From Erysipelothrix inopinata (lineage in GTDB: Bacteria > Bacillota_I > Bacilli_A > Erysipelotrichales > Erysipelotrichaceae), in assembly GCF_014396165.1 (NCBI RefSeq), contig NZ_CP060715.1, positions 2,010,001 through 2,042,000 on the forward strand: a DNA stretch of 32,000 bases, given 5' to 3'. The position numbers and the translations under genes were made by a program. Below are positions 11,101 through 17,372 of this stretch, in pieces; positions within the stretch are counted from its first letter, which is position 1, and the number at the start of each line of letters is the position of its first letter. The notes beneath the pieces were generated by a model. The model saw only the letters and a list, made by a program, of their open reading frames with translations, did no database searches and was not told where the DNA came from.

Positions 11101-11519
11101 ATAAATCGAAGTTCCGCCAACACGAAAATCCGTGGCACCACCACCACGTTGACTTCCATTATAGCTAGAACCACCACCATTGTAGCCGCGACCACCATTG
11201 TAGTCGCCATCACCACCGACAGTAATCGTCAGTTCTTCACCTTTCTTAAGGTAGATTTCTCCGGAAGCAAAGCCCCCTTTACCTCCGCGATAATCGCCCA
11301 AGGATCCTCCTTGAGCACCCCAAGACTCTAGTAGATACAGTCCGTCCTTTTCAACATTGAAAGTGACAGGTTTACCTGTATACTCGAAGTTATGAACTTC
11401 GGGTTGTTCACTCGACACTTTTGTTTTCGTATCATTCGCAAAAATCTGATACGACGACAAAAACACTACAAAAAAGAGTAGTCCGAGCCCCCAGCACGAG
11501 AAACTTTTTTAATATTCAT
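1..11519 (-). CDS. Giant secreted/surface repeat protein. It holds five ALK/LTK-like glycine-rich domains and about 28 cadherin-like beta-sandwich repeats. It is 3'-partial (continues beyond position 1). The 5' end is frame-disrupted: ATG at 11517-11519, body frame open from 11508.
   Basis: I split the + strand into triplets from position 1. No tta/cta/tca (reverse-complement stops) occurs until tta at 11509-11511. I read the whole frame through and re-verified it triplet by triplet at 1-540, 4681-4860, 5101-5280, 7021-7140, 7381-7500, 8701-8820, 10081-10140 and 11401-11511. All minus-strand track ORFs in this region are in another frame, as expected for one ORF with no in-window stop. The translation begins ..SFSCWGLGLLFFVVFLSSYQIFANDTKTKVSSEQPEVHNFEYTGKPVTFNVEKDGLYLLESWGAQGGSLGDYRGGKGGFASGEIYLKKGEELTITVGG.. 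and ends at the window edge in a cadherin-like repeat. An ATG with an upstream AAGAGGGG Shine-Dalgarno sequence sits at 11517-11519 but is offset by one base from the body frame. Confidence 0.85.
5108..5860 (-). other. Glycine-rich domain copy 5 (most diverged)
   Basis: The translation reads YEYVYKGKSETFVAPYTGNYQLEAWGAEGGNRGSQSGGKGGYANGLVHLKQGEELTINVGG..GYNGGGASASNGVYGGGASDIRVAGETLYHRILVAGGGGSVG..GRGGAGGGGWYGGGGVNPDYSADDDRGGGGGSGYVL..GNSGNGYVRITAL. Confidence 0.65.
6672..7420 (-). other. Glycine-rich domain copy 4 (diverged)
   Basis: The translation reads FGYTRKMEQFTVPYTGMYRLETWGAQGGRVESVKGGKGAYAAGDIYLMKGEILNITVGG..QRGGGATDIRVGGTSVYNRILVAAGGGAAGKSGAGADGGG..TAGGGGGGWYGGGGNRNERS..GDGGGGGSSYAF..GKEGDGAVRISIL. 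The reverse complement of 7021-7140 was verified codon by codon. Confidence 0.7.
7962..8750 (-). other. Glycine-rich domain copy 3
   Basis: The translation reads FDFKSKSQVFIAPYDGEYQLEAWGAQGGSLGTYNGGKGGYTSGHITLQKGEEITVTVGG..QRGGGATDFRIGGSSLYHRILVAGGGGAAG..GGGGGGWYGGGGNRNERS..GHAEHGYARITYFG. It is nearly identical to copy 2. Confidence 0.7.
9285..10075 (-). other. Glycine-rich domain copy 2
   Basis: The translation reads FEFQSKSQIFIAPYDGEYKLEAWGAQGGSLGTYNGGKGGYTSGHITLQKGEEITVTVGG..QRGGGATDFRVGGTGIYNRILVAGGGGAAGQTGHGGAGGG..GGGGGGWFGGGGNRNERS..GHAEHGYARITYFG. Confidence 0.7.
10610..11400 (-). other. Glycine-rich domain copy 1 (ALK/LTK GRD-like, PF12810-like)
   Basis: The translation reads FEYTGKPVTFNVEKDGLYLLESWGAQGGS..GGKGGFASGEIYLKKGEELTITVGG..GYNGGGSSYNGSQRGGGATDFRVGGTSIYNRILVAGGGGAAG..AVAGGGGGGWYGGGGNRNERS..YGGGGGSGYVL..GHESHGHARITYYG. 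Confidence 0.7.
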
Positions 11520-11550
11520 TTTAGTAAATCTTCCCCTCTTAAGCACAATT

Positions 11551-11556
11551 ATTATA
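11551..11556 (-). promoter_or_regulatory. Candidate -10 box (TATAAT) for the giant gene; no convincing -35
   Basis: The minus-strand sequence reads ..ACAGCTTATAATAATTGTGCTTAAGAGGGGAAGATTTACTAAAATG. It has a perfect TATAAT, a poor -35 (ATAAGG) and an AT-rich upstream region. It lies downstream of the two rpsO terminators. Confidence 0.35.
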
Positions 11557-11644
11557 AGCTGTAATAATATCGACCTTATATTACAACAATTAAGCGTTTT
11601 TGTGTGGAATACTTGTGGATTTTAGCCATAAACGGGCAAAATAC

Positions 11645-11671
11645 AAAAAAGAGTAGTAAAATATACTACTC
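11645..11671 (-). terminator. Rho-independent terminator (second of two after rpsO)
   Basis: On the minus strand, GAGTAGTA-TATTT-TACTACTC forms an 8-bp stem followed by TTTTTTG. Confidence 0.7.
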
Positions 11672-11689
11672 CTTGATCTCTGAGCGAAC

Positions 11690-11712
11690 AAAAAAAGGAG
11701 CCGAAGCTCCTT
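11690..11712 (-). terminator. Rho-independent terminator immediately after rpsO
   Basis: On the minus strand, AAGGAGC-TTCG-GCTCCTT is followed by TTTTTTTG, 8 nt past the rpsO stop. Confidence 0.8.
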
Positions 11713-11719
11713 AGTAAGA

Positions 11720-11986
11720 TTATTTTCTTAATCCTAGTTTTGTGATTAATTCACGGTAACGGTTGATGTCTTCGTTACGTAAGTAAGTTAATAGGTTACG
11801 ACGACGTCCAACTTTTTTAAGAAGTCCACGGTTTGAATGGTGGTCTTTCTTGTGTACTTTCATATGTTCTGTTAACATATTGATTTCTGCTGTAAGAACT
11901 GCTACTTGAACTTCTACTGAACCAGTATCGTTTTCTGTACGAGCATATTCTTTCATGATTGCTTGTTTTTCATTTTTAGATAACAT
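11720..11986 (-). CDS. rpsO: 30S ribosomal protein S15
   Basis: This is an 88-aa track ORF ([56 protein letters not shown]..). It has the typical S15 sequence and an AGGAGG Shine-Dalgarno sequence upstream. Confidence 0.95.
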   Translation of the reverse strand: MLSKNEKQAIMKEYARTENDTGSVEVQVAVLTAEINMLTEHMKVHKKDHHSNRGLLKKVGRRRNLLTYLRNEDINRYRELITKLGLRK

Positions 11987-12069
11987 TGTGATTTCCTCCT
12001 AATATCTAAAGACCTTCACGACCGAGAATGATGTCGAGGTAACAAACACCCCAGTTGTAAAGCTTATAA

Positions 12070-12098
12070 ATAATATCATGAATCATTTGATTAAGCAA
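12070..12098 (-). promoter_or_regulatory. Sigma-A-type promoter for rpsO (-35 TTGCTT, 17-nt spacer, -10 TATTAT) with a roughly 75-nt leader
   Basis: The minus-strand sequence reads TTGCTTaatcaaatgattcatgaTATTAT. Hexamer coordinates are 12093-12098 and 12070-12075. Confidence 0.5.
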
Positions 12099-12141
12099 TA
12101 TAATTCTACTATTATCTACTATTTAGTTTCGTGATTCATAA

Positions 12142-12597
12142 TTAATATTCAAACACAAATGATTGATTTTGAACAGATTGGAGTATGGGTTCAAGATAAG
12201 CTTTTAAATCATCTGTATCGATTTCAAAGAAGTCTTCTGTTTTACTTCCTTTTTGGTATAAATATAAGTAAGATTCATCATCAGAAGCAACAATAAGTTT
12301 TACGACATATTCTTCATTTAGTTTATCACTGCAAAGATTGTATACTTTCTCATTATCTGTATTTTCAATCCTGATGATTGGTTTTGCATGTTTAACTAAA
12401 TCTTCAAAAGAAACTTTGTCTGCAAGTGTCAATTTTACAGAAACTCCTGGGTTCTCAGGATACGTCTCTGTAAGATAAACATCTTCATAGTGAGCAAGTG
12501 ATGTTATCTGGACATATGTCTTCATCGTGTTAGCAGAACATCCCACCAACATCATTAATAATACTAATAATACGCCAATCCTACGCGTCTGATTCAT
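12142..12597 (-). CDS. Lipoprotein of unknown function
   Basis: The signal peptide MNQTRRIGVLLVLLMMLVGC carries a lipobox (L-V-G-C). I recognise no family. Confidence 0.7.
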   Translation of the reverse strand: MNQTRRIGVLLVLLMMLVGCSANTMKTYVQITSLAHYEDVYLTETYPENPGVSVKLTLADKVSFEDLVKHAKPIIRIENTDNEKVYNLCSDKLNEEYVVKLIVASDDESYLYLYQKGSKTEDFFEIDTDDLKAYLEPILQSVQNQSFVFEY

Positions 12598-12746
12598 AAA
12601 GAATATTTCTCCAATCTTTATTTAACAAATATTATATAGACTACCACTATTTTGGATGTCTTTCAAGAGTCAATTTTCTAACGACTCTATGTCTTAAGTT
12701 TCAACTGAACTCATCATATCATATAAAAAATACCCGTAAGTGAAAT

Positions 12747-12775
12747 TTCACGAAATAGTTATCCCGTGTTATACT
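12747..12775 (+). promoter_or_regulatory. Candidate promoter with an extended -10 (TGtTATACT) and a weak -35 (TTCACG)
   Basis: TTCACG lies at 12747-12752, followed by a 17-nt spacer that includes TG at 12767-12768. TATACT lies at 12770-12775. A GGAGG Shine-Dalgarno sequence sits at about 12787-12791. Confidence 0.45.
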
Positions 12776-12800
12776 ATTCTCAAATTGGAGGGAAATATAT

Positions 12801-13655
12801 ATGAAGAATGTTGCATGGATTGGTACAGGTGTTATGGGTAAACCGATGGCACTACATTTAGCAAATGCGGGTTATGAAGTTTCCGCATATAACCGTACGT
12901 TTGAAAAAGCAAAAGCAATGGAACCGAAGGTACATGCTTTTAAATCTATTGAAGAAACTGTAAAGAATGCTGATGTTGTATTCACGATTGTTGGATATCC
13001 TAAAGATGTGGAGTCAGTCTACGAAGAAATCATGAAATATGCAAAAAAAGGAGCTATCCTTGTTGATATGACAACGTCATCACCCAGTCTTGCTGTATCA
13101 CTTTCAAAGAAAGCTCATGAAATGGGTTACGAAATGCTCGATGCCCCTGTAACAGGAGGTGACCTTGGCGCTATTAATGGAACACTATCAATCATGGTTG
13201 GTGGCGACAAAGATATCTACGATGAAGTTTATCCTCTTTTAGAAGTCATGGGTAAAACAATTAACTACATGGGTAAAAATGGAAACGGCCAACATGCTAA
13301 GTTAGCAAATCAGGCAGCAATTGCTGGTGCCATCTCTGCAACAGCAGAGGCACTCCATTACGCAAACTACCATGAGATTGATATGAATACAATGCTTAAT
13401 GTTATCGTTGGTGGATCTGCATCTTCTTGGCAAGCAGCTAATAACGGACCTAAAATGATTCAAAAAGATTATGCACCGGGATTTTTTGTGAAACACTTCC
13501 TCAAAGATCTCAAACTTATTCTTGATGAAAAAGGACCTTTATACCTCCCAGTTGTGGAAAATGTAACCAAGATGTACCAAGTCTTAAGTGATAATGGTTA
13601 TAGCGAGGATGGTACTCAAGCCATCATCGAATATTACTTACAAGAGCTCAAATAA
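12801..13655 (+). CDS. NAD(P)-dependent beta-hydroxyacid dehydrogenase (3-hydroxyisobutyrate / 2-hydroxy-3-oxopropionate reductase family)
   Basis: The N-terminal Rossmann motif is VAWIGTGVMGKPMALHLANAGYEVSAYNRT. Family-typical motifs are also present: DAPVTGG, GDKD and GxGQHAKLANQ. Confidence 0.85.
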   Translation: MKNVAWIGTGVMGKPMALHLANAGYEVSAYNRTFEKAKAMEPKVHAFKSIEETVKNADVVFTIVGYPKDVESVYEEIMKYAKKGAILVDMTTSSPSLAVSLSKKAHEMGYEMLDAPVTGGDLGAINGTLSIMVGGDKDIYDEVYPLLEVMGKTINYMGKNGNGQHAKLANQAAIAGAISATAEALHYANYHEIDMNTMLNVIVGGSASSWQAANNGPKMIQKDYAPGFFVKHFLKDLKLILDEKGPLYLPVVENVTKMYQVLSDNGYSEDGTQAIIEYYLQELK

Positions 13656-13660
13656 TAACT

Positions 13661-13701
13661 AAAAGACACATCCTCTTTAAATCAGAGAATGTGTCTTTTT
13701 T
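13661..13701. terminator. Bidirectional hairpin terminator between convergent genes
   Basis: AAAAGACACATCCTCT..AGAGAATGTGTCTTTTTT carries an A-run on one side and a T-run on the other. It overlaps the hemW stop codon. Confidence 0.7.
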
Positions 13702-14812
13702 AGTTCATATCGTCTTCAGGTAAGATATCCATAAATGGAATCAATACATCATCCAGCATCACAAATCCTGCAAATGTCGTTACGAGACGATTTTCTTCAA
13801 CAATTAATAATTCTTTTTGAACCCCTTGTTCAATAGCATCTCTAAATACTTCAAACATAGATTGTCCGAATCGGGATTCAAATCGTTCAAATTCAATGCC
13901 ATCTCTTAATCGTAATCCCATCATTATAAATTCAAACATTTCATCTTCTAGCGTAAGATCAATTGATTCAGCATAAGCATCTTTTTGAAGATACTCTCCG
14001 AGTTTTTTGGTCCATGTCTTACGTTGATGATCAACCTTTAGGCTTGAGCCCGGCCCAAGTGCATAAAAGTCTTCATAACGCCAGTAAACTTGATTGTGTT
14101 CACTTCGAGATCCTGGAAGGCTAAAGTTTGAAATTTCATATTGTTCGTAACCTGCACTTTCCATGATGTTGATGCATGACAGAAACATTTCTGTTTCAAC
14201 TTCAACAGGAACTGGCTTAATTCCTTTTCTTCCAAACAAAGAATTGGGTTCAACAGTAAGCGCGTAGATAGAAACATGATCGGGTTTCAATTCAATAACA
14301 TCACGCATGGATGATTCAAAACTTTCTAAAGTCTGACCAGGCAGTCCATACATCAAATCTAACGAGATGTTGGCGATACCAACTTCACGAAGGAGATCAA
14401 CACCTTTTTTCACATCATAAAATTTATGATGGCGACCAATTTTTTCCAAAAGATCGTCATGGGTTGTTTGAACGCCAAGACTCATGCGATTCACGCCATA
14501 GTCATAGAGAAGTTTTACCTTATCATATGTTAAGTTTTCAGGATTCCCTTCAAATGTCCACTCATAGTCTTGAGAAAGCTTGGGTTTCAAAGCTTGTAGG
14601 AGTGCTTCTAGTTGATCATCTTGAAGTGATGTCGGTGTTCCGCCTCCAACATAAATTGTCTTTAAATTTCCAGGGAGTGCATTTATTTGCTGAAGAAGTC
14701 GAATCATAAATTGATCTGATATCATTCTCGCGTAGTTAAAACGTGTAAAATCACAATAACCACAGATGTGATCACAGAAAGGAATATGAACATATAGAGC
14801 TTCAGTACTCAC
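13700..14812 (-). CDS. hemW: Radical SAM heme chaperone HemW (HemN-like, oxygen-independent coproporphyrinogen oxidase family)
   Basis: The translation has the CxxxCxxC motif (YVHIPFCDHICGYCDF) and a GGGTPT motif, is 370 aa long, and sits downstream of lepA as in Bacillus. Confidence 0.85.
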   Translation of the reverse strand: MSTEALYVHIPFCDHICGYCDFTRFNYARMISDQFMIRLLQQINALPGNLKTIYVGGGTPTSLQDDQLEALLQALKPKLSQDYEWTFEGNPENLTYDKVKLLYDYGVNRMSLGVQTTHDDLLEKIGRHHKFYDVKKGVDLLREVGIANISLDLMYGLPGQTLESFESSMRDVIELKPDHVSIYALTVEPNSLFGRKGIKPVPVEVETEMFLSCINIMESAGYEQYEISNFSLPGSRSEHNQVYWRYEDFYALGPGSSLKVDHQRKTWTKKLGEYLQKDAYAESIDLTLEDEMFEFIMMGLRLRDGIEFERFESRFGQSMFEVFRDAIEQGVQKELLIVEENRLVTTFAGFVMLDDVLIPFMDILPEDDMN

Positions 14813-15068
14813 GTTTCATAACCTCCTTAATTTTCTCTTGAATTAGTAAATCCATATCATAGTTGTTATCGATACATATTGCGTAACAGTACATCATGAC
14901 ATCGGCTAATTCTTTCTTAAGTGCTTCCTCATCTTCGTTAAGACTGTTAAAAAGTTCTTCTGCTTCTTCCTTAACACAGGAAACCAGGAATTCTAAAGTA
15001 TCACTTTTGTCCCAACCAAAATGACGTCGCATCGCTTCAAATTCTTGAAGCGTTTGCTTATTCATCAT
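14802..15068 (-). CDS. Small MazG-like nucleotide pyrophosphohydrolase domain protein
   Basis: The 88-aa translation carries EEAEEL...[12 protein letters not shown], the EExxE/ExxD pattern of the all-alpha NTP pyrophosphatase family. It overlaps both neighbouring genes by 11 nt. Confidence 0.6.
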   Translation of the reverse strand: MMNKQTLQEFEAMRRHFGWDKSDTLEFLVSCVKEEAEELFNSLNEDEEALKKELADVMMYCYAICIDNNYDMDLLIQEKIKEVMKREY

Positions 15069-16875
15069 CCATTGATAGAACCGACATGAACGCCTCTTGA
15101 GGTATTTCTACACTTCCGACTTGTTTCATTCGTTTCTTTCCTTCTTTTTGTTTCTCTAGGAGTTTTTTCTTACGTGAAATATCGCCACCATAACATTTAG
15201 CGATAACATTCTTACGAAGTGCTTTAATTGTTGATCGTGCAATAACTTTTTGATTAATGGAAGCTTGAATTGGAACTTCAAATTGTTGTCTTGGAATCAA
15301 TGTTCTTAATTTTTCAGTAATTGCTTTTCCACGATGGAATGCAAAATCACGGTGAACAATGGTAGAAAGAGCATCCACAATCTCGCCATTTAATAAGATG
15401 TCCATCTTAACAAGATTTGATTCACGATATCCAATAAATTGGTAATCAAATGAAGCATATCCACGTGTTGATGATTTAAGACGGTCGAAGAAATCATAAA
15501 CAATTTCTACAAGTGGCAAATGATACACAATATTCATTCGTGTCGCATCTAATGCTTGCATATCCACATAGATACCACGTTTATTTTGACACAATTCCAT
15601 AACCGCTCCAACGTAATCTGTAGGAACAATAATTTGTGCTTCAACAAACGGTTCTTCAACATGATCAACACTTGATGTGTTGGGCATTTTTGATGGGTTA
15701 TCCAGACGAATCATTTCTCCACTTGTCATAAAGACATGGAAAATTACAGATGGTGCTGTCGCAATTAGTTCTAATTGGTACTCACGTTCTAAACGTTCTT
15801 GAATAACATCCATATGTAGAAGTCCTAAGAAACCACATCTAAATCCAAATCCAAGCGCTTGGGATGTTTCCGGTTCAAAGACCAAGGATGCATCATTCAA
15901 TGACATTTTCTCAAGAGCATCACGTAAATCTGTATAACGTTTACTATCAATCGGATAAAGTCCACAGAAAACCATTGGGTTTAACTTACGGTAACCTTCT
16001 AGAGGTTGGGATGCAGGTCTATCAGCAAGTGTAATTGTATCCCCTACTTGAACATCATGAATGGATTTGATGCTTGCACCAATCCATCCTACTTCACCTG
16101 CAACAAGCTTATTTTTTTTCACTTCGATAGGTGTACGCACACCAAGTTCAGTAACTTCAAAGGTAGCGCCAGATGCCATAAATTTAATTTCATCCCCGAC
16201 TTTGACTTCACCTTCTTTAATTCGAACAGAAGCAATTACACCTCGATAAGAATCATAGATTGAATCAAAAACCAAAGCTTGTAATGGTGCTGTAACGTCA
16301 CCCTCTGGTGCCGGAATTTGTGCGACAATACCTTCAAGTACTTGTTCAATGTTTAAACCAGTTTTCGCAGAGATCAGAGGTGCTTTACTGGAATCAATTC
16401 CGAGTACATCTTCAATCTCTTGTTTTACACGTTCAGGGTCAGCCGATGGTAAATCAACTTTGTTGATGACAACCATAATTTCAAGATCGTTCTCAATCGC
16501 TAGATAAGCATTAGCTAATGTTTGTGCTTGAATTCCTTGGGTTGCATCAACTACTAAAATAGCCCCTTCACATGCAGCAAGTGAACGTGATACTTCATAG
16601 GTAAAGTCAACGTGACCTGGAGTATCAATTAAATGGAATATATAATCTTCACCATTGTCAGCATGATATCCTAATTGGACAGAGTTAAGTTTAATCGTAA
16701 TTCCTCGCTCACGCTCTAAGTCCAATTGATCAAGTAATTGTTCTTGCATGTCGCGTGTTGCGACAGTATTTGTTTTTTCTAAGATTCGATCGGCTAATGT
16801 TGATTTACCATGGTCAATATGAGCAATAATCGAAAAGTTTCTAATATTTTTTTGATTCATAAATTTGTCCCTCAT
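15058..16875 (-). CDS. lepA: Elongation factor 4 (LepA)
   Basis: The translation has [35 protein letters not shown] and the LepA C-terminal domain. Its ATG overlaps the TGA of the upstream gene (ATGA). An alternative start lies at 16860. Confidence 0.95.
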   Translation of the reverse strand: MRDKFMNQKNIRNFSIIAHIDHGKSTLADRILEKTNTVATRDMQEQLLDQLDLERERGITIKLNSVQLGYHADNGEDYIFHLIDTPGHVDFTYEVSRSLAACEGAILVVDATQGIQAQTLANAYLAIENDLEIMVVINKVDLPSADPERVKQEIEDVLGIDSSKAPLISAKTGLNIEQVLEGIVAQIPAPEGDVTAPLQALVFDSIYDSYRGVIASVRIKEGEVKVGDEIKFMASGATFEVTELGVRTPIEVKKNKLVAGEVGWIGASIKSIHDVQVGDTITLADRPASQPLEGYRKLNPMVFCGLYPIDSKRYTDLRDALEKMSLNDASLVFEPETSQALGFGFRCGFLGLLHMDVIQERLEREYQLELIATAPSVIFHVFMTSGEMIRLDNPSKMPNTSSVDHVEEPFVEAQIIVPTDYVGAVMELCQNKRGIYVDMQALDATRMNIVYHLPLVEIVYDFFDRLKSSTRGYASFDYQFIGYRESNLVKMDILLNGEIVDALSTIVHRDFAFHRGKAITEKLRTLIPRQQFEVPIQASINQKVIARSTIKALRKNVIAKCYGGDISRKKKLLEKQKEGKKRMKQVGSVEIPQEAFMSVLSMDDE

Positions 16876-17372
16876 AAGTATTTCTTAATATGTTTAATTC
16901 GCGGATAAAGCAGAACCATCATTCCCGCTGAAATGATTCCTTGTGCCGCATTTTGAAGCGCAGAGACAAAGAAATATTGAATGTTTCCTACTAGGAAAGC
17001 ATCAATTGTTGCATAAGATACAACCATCATTAATGCTGCCATTCCAAATGGAAGTGCGCGTTTTGGTGTATCAATATGTTTGCGTAATAAGAAGATTATT
17101 ACGACTTCAAAAGCTTTAATAAATAGTGTGAAGATTGCGTATTGTGGATATCCTGACATTAAATCAGCCATTGCGGATCCAATACCCGCAGCAAACATTG
17201 CTCCCCTAAATGGCAATATAACTGCAGCCACCATAATTACAAAATCTCCAAGATTTAAATAACCATAAGGTAATGGTATTTTCACAAACATGGTGATCGA
17301 CGCGATAAGGGCAGTCATCAGTGCAATCAAGACCATTGTTTGTGTTCTTTTTATTTCATATTGCTCATTCAT
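16872..17372 (-). CDS. Integral membrane protein, ECF-transporter S-component-like (substrate unknown)
   Basis: The protein is 166 aa with about 5-6 hydrophobic helices (..[42 protein letters not shown]..). Its size and pattern resemble ECF S components. The family call is by eye only. Confidence 0.5.
   Translation of the reverse strand: MNEQYEIKRTQTMVLIALMTALIASITMFVKIPLPYGYLNLGDFVIMVAAVILPFRGAMFAAGIGSAMADLMSGYPQYAIFTLFIKAFEVVIIFLLRKHIDTPKRALPFGMAALMMVVSYATIDAFLVGNIQYFFVSALQNAAQGIISAGMMVLLYPRIKHIKKYL

Larger units (their letters stand above)
6672..11400 (-). repeat. Intragenic tandem repeat of four copies (1,323 / 1,323 / 1,326 bp period, about 441 codons). Copies 1-3 share the whole module; copy 4 shares the glycine-rich domain part.
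   Basis: The landmark ccacgttg(g/a)c recurs at 11144, 9821 and 8498, and cctcgttggc at 7172. The WGAQGG-encoding segment recurs at about 11320, 9995, 8673 and 7342. Hand alignment of 9821-9903 against 8498-8580 gives 4 mismatches in about 83 nt. Track shadow ORFs 9474..9758 and 8151..8441 are near-identical. Confidence 0.9.

Noticed and set aside
5280-11300. The Gly-rich repeats might be collagen-like triple-helix (G-X-Y), PE_PGRS-like low complexity, or a CRISPR-like or spacer-repeat array.
   Set aside because: There is no sustained G-X-Y periodicity. The Gly runs are embedded in conserved non-Gly motifs (WGAQGG, ATDFRVGG, YNRILVAGGGG, ARITY) with a fixed order. The repeat period is 1,323 bp and in frame, not 25-40 bp repeats with unique spacers.
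3166-11331. Dozens of 60-118 aa track ORFs on both strands with odd His-, Arg-, Val- or Thr-rich translations. Examples are 5472..5681 (HHHRHHYLLRHHH), 6831..7163, 8337..8585, 6774..7115 and 9474..9758.
   Set aside because: They are frame shadows of the real minus-strand frame. GGT/GGC/GGA glycine runs read as ACC/CAC on the opposite strand and as GTG/GTT one base over. All listed minus-strand ORFs here end at coordinates congruent to 2 mod 3. The continuous frame is congruent to 0 mod 3.
1-11508. The lack of called ORFs might mean non-coding DNA, a decayed pseudogene field, or an alternative genetic code (for example TGA=Trp).
   Set aside because: The true frame has no TAA, TAG or TGA at all, so no recoding is needed. 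Neighbouring genes (alaS, lepA and others) use TGG for Trp and terminate normally under the standard code.
11505-11510. Programmed -1 ribosomal frameshift on the A-run, like dnaX A_AAA_AAG.
   Set aside because: The heptamer is not in the required phase relative to the ATG frame (codons are ATT AAA AAA GTT). The site is only 5 codons from the start and I see no obvious downstream stimulatory hairpin. It is kept only as a minor alternative in the finding.
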